This document shows, one piece after another, positions 38,625 to 46,351 of a DNA stretch of 64,000 bases; the stretch's first letter is position 1; every line of letters begins with the position of its first letter. The position numbers were made by a program, and so were the translations under genes. Below the pieces are notes generated by a model that was given only the letters and a program-made list of their open reading frames with translations, was not told the origin of the DNA and did no database searches. The stretch is from positions 1 to 64,000 of the forward strand of contig CAZWDO010000013.1 of assembly GCA_964632485.1 (NCBI GenBank). Direction: 5' to 3'. Origin of the DNA: an uncultured bacterium. Its GTDB lineage: Bacteria > JAGOEH01.

Positions 38625-40430
38625 TTAATACCGAAAAAGTAGCCCGAACATTAGCCAATTGACTTGTTCCGCCGAAACAGAATAATAGTTTCCGGGCCGA
38701 AAGGCCTCAATTTGCCAAATTCCTTTCACTGATTGAATTAAAGTGTACTCCATTTTCAATATGAAAAGAGTACCTCGGAATTTGCCATTCCCGCCCAATT
38801 CCGTCATTTTATATTGGGGGTTAATGGCGGTGGTTTTTTTATAGCCAACCACCTGGTTTAAATGAATCGGCCATTTTTCAAAAGTCCACATAGGGGTCCA
38901 GCTCAGAGTCAACTCGCAATTTCTGGAAAAATTTAAACGAAGTGAGGAACGGATCATATAGATATTGCTCCACCATGCCGGTCGGGTTTCATGCCATAAA
39001 CTATAGATCAGAAGCTCGCTCCAATTATGGGGCCAGCGGCCGAACAACGGGTCCCATCCCTCATTGCGTAGGGTCGTTGGTTTGTCGCCTGTGAGAGCGA
39101 CGCCTTCTACCGATAGTTCCGGTTTCCAGAGCCATGAAGGCGGCAGATAAAATCCCAGGTTCAACGATCCTGCCATCGCCATAGTTTTGCGATTGATGCC
39201 CTGGTCGTCGAACCATCCCCACTGAAGCGCGGCTTCGCCGTCCAATGACCAACGGCGGGGCACCGCTTCATAGGTAAAACTAGTCCCCATGGTTTGTAAC
39301 CCATGTTCGAGATAGATAGTTCGAATCGTGTCCGGTAGAATCACTCCATTCGTGTCGGCGTAAGTTGTCAGGCGTTGGCTGCTTTTTTTATTCCCTTGTC
39401 GGTATAACCAATATACACTCCAATCGCCATAGAGAAATTTCATGTTTGAAAAAATTCCCAGGGAATGGTATGCTTGTTCGCTTAAGGTCTTTCGGATTTC
39501 TCCTAATAATAATGTATGATAATCGTCCGGCGGCAAGTAAGAATAGAAAAAAGTAAGCTGATGGCGGGAGGCTAACCACCAGTCAAAACGAAGCATATCA
39601 AACCAGATGGCGCGCGAGGCATCCATCGGGGTTCCTTCCATGATCAAAAAGCCATTGCCCATACTCATGTTTTGTCGCCCCACCGAGAGTTTCCAAAGTC
39701 GGGATTGGCCGCCTTGTAGTGATACGTATCCCTGGTCAAGAAAAATTTCGTCCCAATCGGTTAGCTTGGTGATCGGTGAATAATAATCTCTGATTTCATT
39801 GGTGATTTTAAAATGCAGGGTGAAATTAGAAACAGGAGACCAATCAAACCCGAGGCTGGTTCGATATTTCATATAAGTATTGGCGGTTTTTGCCGTATCG
39901 AATGTGATTAAATCGTCATAAGCAATCAAGCGAATCCGTTCCATTAGATTGAACTTGAAACGGGGTTGTCGGATGGTCTGAGGTATCGGTTCGCGGGGAG
40001 CCTGAATCAGGATCAGGCGGTATTCACCCGGTTGGGCGATCAGATCACCCCATAATTCATCAATGCTGTCTAAAATGATTTTAAACCCAATCCGTCCCTC
40101 TTCCAGCAGTGTGATTTCACTCGTTTCACGCTCTAAAGCCTGGTGAAAGATTCGCACAATATCGGTAGGCGAAACCGAGCGGTCCTGTTTGCCGTTGCTC
40201 AGGTTGAAACGGTAAATCAGATCCCAGTATTCTCCGCGCATGGGTTGGTAATACTTGTTTAAGCCTTCACTAATCAGAAAAACGTATTGACTGTTGGGTA
40301 TGCGCTGGCTGCGGTGGGCATCGCATAGCGCTCCGGGGATCGGACGTATCCGCGGGTGCTCAATGCGGGTTTGCGCATAAATCGAAACCCAGAGTAGCAG
40401 TAGAATGGATAAGGATTGAACGCGTTTCAT
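38625..40430 (-). CDS. Alginate-export-family outer-membrane beta-barrel with extra N-terminal domain
   Basis: Signal peptide; ERIR, D..Y, VGRQ....G.G, TGD, WDPLFGRW; terminal aromatic (FRY). Confidence 0.75.
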   Translation of the reverse strand: MKRVQSLSILLLLWVSIYAQTRIEHPRIRPIPGALCDAHRSQRIPNSQYVFLISEGLNKYYQPMRGEYWDLIYRFNLSNGKQDRSVSPTDIVRIFHQALERETSEITLLEEGRIGFKIILDSIDELWGDLIAQPGEYRLILIQAPREPIPQTIRQPRFKFNLMERIRLIAYDDLITFDTAKTANTYMKYRTSLGFDWSPVSNFTLHFKITNEIRDYYSPITKLTDWDEIFLDQGYVSLQGGQSRLWKLSVGRQNMSMGNGFLIMEGTPMDASRAIWFDMLRFDWWLASRHQLTFFYSYLPPDDYHTLLLGEIRKTLSEQAYHSLGIFSNMKFLYGDWSVYWLYRQGNKKSSQRLTTYADTNGVILPDTIRTIYLEHGLQTMGTSFTYEAVPRRWSLDGEAALQWGWFDDQGINRKTMAMAGSLNLGFYLPPSWLWKPELSVEGVALTGDKPTTLRNEGWDPLFGRWPHNWSELLIYSLWHETRPAWWSNIYMIRSSLRLNFSRNCELTLSWTPMWTFEKWPIHLNQVVGYKKTTAINPQYKMTELGGNGKFRGTLFILKMEYTLIQSVKGIWQIEAFRPGNYYSVSAEQVNWLMFGLLFRY

Positions 40431-40464
40431 CGCTGATTCCCGACGATCAATAATTTCATGGAGG

Positions 40465-40901
40465 TTAACCCTTGCGTTCTTCCAGAAATTTTTTCATTGT
40501 CAGTTCATTGCGGTCATCAATACGCTGGTAGTTGACTTCATCCATGATCTGTTTGATCATATAGATACCGAGACCGCCGATTTGGCGTTCTTCCAGCGGC
40601 GCGTCAATATCCGGATCCTCTTTTCCAACGGGTTGTATGAAATGCCCTGGTCGATAATTTTAATAAAGAGCCCTGCCGGGTCATGAAGTTTGTCGCAAAC
40701 CACTTCGATTTTCCCTTCCTGATCCTCTTGATTCTCTCCGTAAGCATAGTTAATGACGTTCATTAAAGCCTCTTCGCAGGCTAAATGGATACGATTGATA
40801 GATTGACTGTGGAACCCGCTATTTTCTGCTTCCTTGCGAATAAAATAGATCATAGTATCCAGATTATCTGCGATAGCGGAAACGATTAACTGATCGGACA
40901 T
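40465..40901 (-). pseudogene. rsbW: RsbW-like anti-sigma factor kinase with a single-base frameshift
   Basis: LACEEALMNVINYAY and IIDQG.SYNPL in frame 1. EDPDIDAPLEERQIGGLGIYMIKQIMDEVNY...KG* continues in the -1 frame after the A4 run at 40621-40624. Confidence 0.85.
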
Positions 40902-40934
40902 AGAATATTCCTTTCCTTAAATGCCTCCGCTCGG

Positions 40935-41270
40935 CTAGGCTTTTAATGCTTCTACCGCGGCTGTAACAGAAGGGTATTCCTGAAAAATATTATTGAATCC
41001 GGTCATCTCGATGACGCTTCGGATCTCTTCCGATAAACCGGTTAAAACGACTTTGCCCTTTTTGGGCGCTAAAGTTTTCGCAACCAGCAACAGCACACGT
41101 AGTCCGGCGCTGGAGACATAACTGCAACGGCTTAAATCCAATACAAATTTTAGTCCCTGGGCAATCGTCGGAAGAATTTTCTGTTGCGCCTGGGAAGCCG
41201 TATTCCCATCAAGTTTGCCGCCGATGCTAATCACCGTAACAGGATCGAATTTTTCAATTTTGATTTCCAT
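40935..41270 (-). CDS. STAS-domain anti-sigma factor antagonist (RsbV/SpoIIAA-like)
   Basis: G.LDG, LDLS...YVSSAGLRVLL (phospho-Ser), MTGF; GGAAGG RBS before ATG 41270. Confidence 0.92.
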   Translation of the reverse strand: MEIKIEKFDPVTVISIGGKLDGNTASQAQQKILPTIAQGLKFVLDLSRCSYVSSAGLRVLLLVAKTLAPKKGKVVLTGLSEEIRSVIEMTGFNNIFQEYPSVTAAVEALKA

Positions 41271-41382
41271 ATCACCTTCCTTTTTAACGGACAATTAAGT
41301 CATTTTACATCTGTCTTACATGAATGCTCGTAAATTCCAATATACAATAAAAAAAGTATCTGTCAAGTTTTTAAAAAAAAAA

Positions 41383-41613
41383 TTATCGACCCATCAAAAA
41401 TAAGGTCGCCCAATAGCAGGAATCTCTAAATTTCGATTCTTCCGCGAATTGGATAACTTTGAGCTTGGCTTTGCGCAGGGCTTGCCTGATATCAACCCAT
41501 TGGGACCCTTACTGATAAAAATAGGAACTTAGGCGAAACGTAGCCTCAGTGTCCACATTCAGCAGACTGGCGATCATGTTTTTGCTGCCGGTCAGGAAAA
41601 AAGCGGTATAGAT
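41383..41613 (-). pseudogene. Remnant of a CHAT (caspase-like) domain C-terminus
   Basis: Manual translation: IYTAFFLTGSKNMIASLLNVDTEATFRLSSYFYQ*GSQWVDIRQALRKAKLKVIQFAEESKFRDSCYWATLFLMGR*, with an internal TAA at 41511-41509. Confidence 0.75.
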
Positions 41614-41679
41614 AGAGATTTTCCTGTTTCAAAAAGTTAAAATTTCCGCCGAGCGCGAATAATGCAATTTTAAGAGCGA

Positions 41680-42138
41680 TTATTTTTGGGAGCTGACTTT
41701 GAATTCCTTTTCGGCGAGCAGGAGGTTGATACTGTGGTGCGGATTGAATCGAATGCGATGTTCCCCGTCACTGAGATAGCTGGCGTAAATGACGCCGGCG
41801 ATAGCCCCGGCCCGCAAGGGCAATTCAATTTGATCGACCTGTTGGCCGGGAACCCATTCCCAGCTCCAATACTCAAAGGCATTGTCCTGATATAAATCGT
41901 TCCATAATTGCTGCCTCTTTTGAAACCACTGCTGGGCAGGCAACTCCAACAGTTTTTTTAAAAATGTTTTATCATAAACATAGATCACATCGACGGCAAA
42001 TGCATGATTCAGATTGGCGTCTTCGGTGATGAACACATGAATATCCATTTTGTCACCAAAAAGTGAGCGGGTTCGAACCCACATGGAACAGGAAATCAGT
42101 AAGAGAAGCGGGATAAATAAATAGAATCTTTTTTTCAT
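41680..42138 (-). CDS. T6SS-associated lipoprotein, TssJ-like
   Basis: MKKRFYLFIPLLLLIS-C lipobox; DAN...AVDV.YVYD, WF..R, WEWVPGQ; adjacent to the T6SS core. Confidence 0.7.
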   Translation of the reverse strand: MKKRFYLFIPLLLLISCSMWVRTRSLFGDKMDIHVFITEDANLNHAFAVDVIYVYDKTFLKKLLELPAQQWFQKRQQLWNDLYQDNAFEYWSWEWVPGQQVDQIELPLRAGAIAGVIYASYLSDGEHRIRFNPHHSINLLLAEKEFKVSSQK

Positions 42139-42151
42139 AAATTTTCCTTTC

Positions 42152-43360
42152 CTATCGATACGAAATCGGTTTTGCCTGTCGTAAAAGGGCAAAGACAATG
42201 CTATTCATATAATAATTATCCGCTTCCAGTTGATGCAGGCGGCGAATAATCTCCTCGGGATCAAAATAACTTTCCCTGATTTCCTGACGCACGGAAATCA
42301 GCCGTTGGGTTAACCCTTCCTTGGGATGCTTCAGTTTCAATAGACCGGCAATTTCAGTATTCATTAAATAGATAATTAGCCAATTTATCTGGGTAGGAGT
42401 ATGCATCCAGCTTATAGATAAAAATTTTTGCGCCAGCTCCAAAACTGTTTTTTTATATTCCTGCAGGGCAATTGTAGTCCATTGCCTCAGCGCTTCTATC
42501 GTATCGACCCGGCGCAGATTGATTAATTCCAATAAAAATTGGTCCAGTTGTTTTTTTTTGTTGCTGGCATCTGGTAGATCAGCGCGCCAAAGCCATTCCT
42601 GAATGCGGTTTTCCAACATTGAAACTGAGGTGATCATATAAGCGTATTCGTTCATGATATCTTTTTTGATTTTTTGAATCAGTTCCAGAATCGCTCTTTT
42701 TACTTCAGCTTTACGGATGATTTTGGCCTCAGTAACCTGGGATTCAATGGCGTCAATTATTTTTAGAAAATCATCCCGGCTATAGGGTTGCTTGGTGATG
42801 ATACGGAGTTCAAGCGGAGTTTTCCATACAGTTTTTCCAGCGCGCAACATGGGGATTTCTTCCAGCATGGGAATTAATTCGCGGTAAGGGTCCCGGTTGA
42901 GGAGTCGCAATATCGCATCACTATCTTCTAAATGTTCGAGGATTTCCTGAAAAAAGGGATGGTTTTGAATGTACAGGATAAGTTCGGGGGTCATTCCCGT
43001 TGTTTCAATGCCGGATTCCATTTGATTGACAATTTGCCGGATCGCTGTTTTAAAAGCGGGAAAATCGGGGATTCGAACGACGATCAGGTTTTTTAAATTG
43101 CTGATAAGCTGGTCGATTTCCCATTGGATAAATGGCGAATAGCCAATATCCTCGTACAATTTCAGGATATCGGCATGGGTTGCTATCAGTTTTCTGAGTT
43201 CCCGTTCGGGATTGATCGTCGGCATCACCGCAGAAAGAGTTCGGACCGCTGGTGATTTCTGCTTATGATATCGGCGAAATAGTACCGCTCCACCGATTAT
43301 TATTGCGGATACCAGCAAAATGACTGCAAACAGCATGTTCATGTGATACGATCGTTTCAA
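42152..43360 (-). CDS. Hypothetical helical protein with N-terminal TM
   Basis: 402 aa, one hydrophobic anchor, 4-nt overlap with the SPOR gene. Confidence 0.7.
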   Translation of the reverse strand: MKRSYHMNMLFAVILLVSAIIIGGAVLFRRYHKQKSPAVRTLSAVMPTINPERELRKLIATHADILKLYEDIGYSPFIQWEIDQLISNLKNLIVVRIPDFPAFKTAIRQIVNQMESGIETTGMTPELILYIQNHPFFQEILEHLEDSDAILRLLNRDPYRELIPMLEEIPMLRAGKTVWKTPLELRIITKQPYSRDDFLKIIDAIESQVTEAKIIRKAEVKRAILELIQKIKKDIMNEYAYMITSVSMLENRIQEWLWRADLPDASNKKKQLDQFLLELINLRRVDTIEALRQWTTIALQEYKKTVLELAQKFLSISWMHTPTQINWLIIYLMNTEIAGLLKLKHPKEGLTQRLISVRQEIRESYFDPEEIIRRLHQLEADNYYMNSIVFALLRQAKPISYR

Positions 43361-44079
43361 AGGTAAATGTATTTAATAATTGCCGGCATTTTTTCTGTTG
43401 CCTGGAATTTTTTTGAGGCGTCGATGGCTTGCTGGCGGGTCTTATATTTACCGATCATGACGCCATACCAAAGTTGCTGTTGCTGGTCGTGGAACACATA
43501 AATCGTCGCTGAAATCCTGGCAGCTTTAATTTCATTGACCAGAGTTTTCGCTTTTTCCCGGGTATTAAACGCGCCGACTTGAACAATATACCAGGCGTCT
43601 GCTTTGGGGGTTGGCTTAGCTGAGGGAACGGGTTGGACGACTTTTTTTTCAGGAGCAGATTCTCTTTTAGCTTCCTTACTCTCAATACTCTCAATCGGTG
43701 GTTCAGATTCGGGGGTGGGCGCTGGCGCTGTTTGAGTTGTTGAAGTATCAGGATGCAATCGCGTCATGTAGTACTCGGTTGAATCGATAATCATGGAATC
43801 CAGCCAGGCCGTTATCGAATCGGGAGAGGGGGTTGTACGAATGTGGGAACTTCTAAGCAGTGAATCCGAGAACTGTGGTACGCTTGTTGTATACTGTGTA
43901 TCAATTACTTCTGGTACGTTTTCTTCAGGTAAAGCAAGTGTGTTGGTGGTTTTGCCGAGATTTAAATTGAACCCCAATAAAAAACCTAAAATAAAAAAAG
44001 AAAAACACAAAAAAACAATCAAAAATAAAAAGCCATAAAAAGCCGGCCGGGTTAATATGAAATCTTGAATAATTGACAC
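43357..44079 (-). CDS. SPOR-domain protein (TM, Pro/Thr linker, SPOR)
   Basis: WYIVQVGAF....A, WY.V.IG.Y.TR..A C-terminal domain. Confidence 0.85.
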   Translation of the reverse strand: MSIIQDFILTRPAFYGFLFLIVFLCFSFFILGFLLGFNLNLGKTTNTLALPEENVPEVIDTQYTTSVPQFSDSLLRSSHIRTTPSPDSITAWLDSMIIDSTEYYMTRLHPDTSTTQTAPAPTPESEPPIESIESKEAKRESAPEKKVVQPVPSAKPTPKADAWYIVQVGAFNTREKAKTLVNEIKAARISATIYVFHDQQQQLWYGVMIGKYKTRQQAIDASKKFQATEKMPAIIKYIYL

Positions 44080-44118
44080 TCCTTCCCAGGAAAACTGAAT
44101 TTTACATTTCTAAATAAA

Positions 44119-44214
44119 AATATATATAGTTGGGTATTAAAAAGCAAGATTTTTTTTTAAAAAAAAAAAAAAATTTTTTTTTCCTTGACTTGTTTAATAA
44201 TACCGATATATTAT
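44119..44214. promoter_or_regulatory. Back-to-back promoters separated by a T9-A15-T9 tract
   Basis: Minus: TTGCTT(44147-44142)-17-TATATT. Plus: TTGACT(44185)-16/18-TATATT/TATTAT. Homopolymers at 44150-44182. Confidence 0.6.
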
Positions 44215-44237
44215 CAATTACAGAACGAGGAGAAAAT

Positions 44238-45572
44238 ATGAGTGATGTTAATCAAATTCCTATGGCAATCAACTGGCATGAGGGGATGATGCTTTTGCCG
44301 CACCATTTCCAACAAAACAATATCCGGACAGAAAATCTGGTTCATTATCAAGCTCAGGCGCTTCATCCATTTCCCTGGGGGGTTTTACTTTTTGAGTACG
44401 ATCGATCGGCGTTGATCAATGGTGTCGTACGAATTTTGGAACTGGAAGCGATTATGCCGGATGGTCTGGAGATTTCGTATGACTATAAAGAGGATGAGCG
44501 TGAATTGAAGCTGGATTTGAATACGCTAACGGATCAGTTTGATAGCAATGAAATCACGGTTCACCTTGCGATTGCAGCGTTTCATAGCGCCCAGGTATCG
44601 ATTGACGGTGAGCTGACCCGTTTTTATTCCATTGAGGGGCAATCGGTAACGGATGATAATACCGGCGATAATGAAGTGCGCATTCCCCGTTTGAAGCCGC
44701 AATTGATTTTGATGGTTAGTGATAATCCGCCTAAAAAATATGTGAGTCTGCCCTTGATCCGCCTGCGTTTGGATGATGAAGCTTTTATCAATGATAATTA
44801 TATTCCACCCTTATTGAGAGTTAAAATGAGTTCCCCTCTGGGTGAAATCGTTAATTCACTGGTTCAGAAACTTAGAGAAAAGGCAATGTATATTGCAGAA
44901 AAAGTCCGCAACTCGTCCGCAATTTCTGATTTAACGCAAATCCTTGATATGAAATTGACGATTCTCGCGCTGACTGCTGAGATTCCATATATTGAATCCA
45001 TACTTTCGTCTAACCGCGTTCATCCCTTTGAACTCTATCAAAGTCTTTGCAGTGTTCTGGGAAAACTCGCAATCATCAGTCCCGGATTGATACCGCCTAT
45101 TCTACCGCCATATCAACATCTGAATATTAAAAAGCAATTTGACCAGCTCCGCGATTATATTAACCATTATATCGAAGAAGGAATCAGCGAGGCATACTCC
45201 CATACTAATTTTAAATTTGACAACGGACTCTTTTTTCATATTTTCTTTGCGGAATGGTTTGGCAAAACTCTGATTTTGGGAATTAAACGTAAAAAGGAAC
45301 AAACCGAGCAGGAAGTTGCCGCCTGGTTGGAACAGAGTTTGATCGGTTCGGAATCCATAATTAAATCGTTGAGGGAGAAACGGATATTGGGTGTTGAGCG
45401 GAAACGGGTAACCCCTACGGACGAATTGATTGGGGCGCGTAATATGATCTATTTTATCATTAAGCCTAAAACTGAATATGTAATTCCCGGAGAACACATT
45501 CAAGTAGTGAATATCAGCGATAAAACCAGCGCTGCACCGGCTGAAATTGTTCTTTTTATTAAAAACAAATGA
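44238..45572 (+). CDS. tssK: T6SS baseplate subunit TssK
   Basis: WHEGM.L.PHHFQQ, WG, PDG, YIPP, HPF.LY, PPY.H; GAGGAG RBS before ATG 44238. Confidence 0.93.
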   Translation: MSDVNQIPMAINWHEGMMLLPHHFQQNNIRTENLVHYQAQALHPFPWGVLLFEYDRSALINGVVRILELEAIMPDGLEISYDYKEDERELKLDLNTLTDQFDSNEITVHLAIAAFHSAQVSIDGELTRFYSIEGQSVTDDNTGDNEVRIPRLKPQLILMVSDNPPKKYVSLPLIRLRLDDEAFINDNYIPPLLRVKMSSPLGEIVNSLVQKLREKAMYIAEKVRNSSAISDLTQILDMKLTILALTAEIPYIESILSSNRVHPFELYQSLCSVLGKLAIISPGLIPPILPPYQHLNIKKQFDQLRDYINHYIEEGISEAYSHTNFKFDNGLFFHIFFAEWFGKTLILGIKRKKEQTEQEVAAWLEQSLIGSESIIKSLREKRILGVERKRVTPTDELIGARNMIYFIIKPKTEYVIPGEHIQVVNISDKTSAAPAEIVLFIKNK

Positions 45573-46336
45573 AGACAATAAGTAACGAATTCCAATTTAA
45601 CGACACCTTTTTAATCGAAAAGTTTTATGAGTTTTATGATCGGGTCATGACGCTCAAGCAAAGAATTATCAATGGTGAATGGATGGTCCATTATGAGACG
45701 ACTAATGGCGCGTCTCAGGAAAAAGATGTGATGAGCCTTCGTATGGAATTGGTAACTTTGTTGGAGAAACAGAAAATTCAGGCGCAGCAAATCAGCCATG
45801 ACTATTGGATTGCCTTGTTTGAAGAGGCGCTTTATATCATGGTTGGTTTGGGCGATGAAATTTTTCTTAATATTGATTGGTTCGGTAAGGATACCTGGAA
45901 TAGCCATCTGCTGGAATCCCATTTCTTCCAATCCCATATTTCCGGCGATCAGTTTTTTGTGAAGCTCGAAAGTTTTCTGGACAATTCCGATCCTATTCGC
46001 ATTGAATTGGCGCGAATTTATCTATTGGCAATTTCGCTGGGATTTGAGGGGAAATATAAGGGCAGCCCGCCACAAGATCAGTTTTTAAACTATAAACAAC
46101 GACTCTTTACATTATTATATAACAAAGAACCGGCCCTGAATACTCGTCATCCTCAGGTTTTTCCGGAAGCTTACATGCATACATTTGAAGAAACCAAAAT
46201 TAAAAAAATTCAAACTAATATTCGCCAATGGTTGATCTATTCTGGAATTGCCATCCTTGTCATGACGATTGTGACCGGTTTGATTTGGTTCCAGCTTCAA
46301 TTGCCATTGATTCGTCTCCTGGAAACACTTAAATAA
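45569..46336 (+). CDS. tssL: T6SS membrane complex TssL (DotU), no OmpA domain
   Basis: Y...GL.DE, W....LE, G..FF, LGFEGKY; C-terminal TM. Confidence 0.9.
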   Translation: MKTISNEFQFNDTFLIEKFYEFYDRVMTLKQRIINGEWMVHYETTNGASQEKDVMSLRMELVTLLEKQKIQAQQISHDYWIALFEEALYIMVGLGDEIFLNIDWFGKDTWNSHLLESHFFQSHISGDQFFVKLESFLDNSDPIRIELARIYLLAISLGFEGKYKGSPPQDQFLNYKQRLFTLLYNKEPALNTRHPQVFPEAYMHTFEETKIKKIQTNIRQWLIYSGIAILVMTIVTGLIWFQLQLPLIRLLETLK

Positions 46337-46351
46337 GCGGCGGTTATTATT

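Noticed and set aside
44130-44237. N-terminal extension of TssK in the ORF track
   Set aside because: It translates the homopolymer promoter region; the SD supports ATG 44238.
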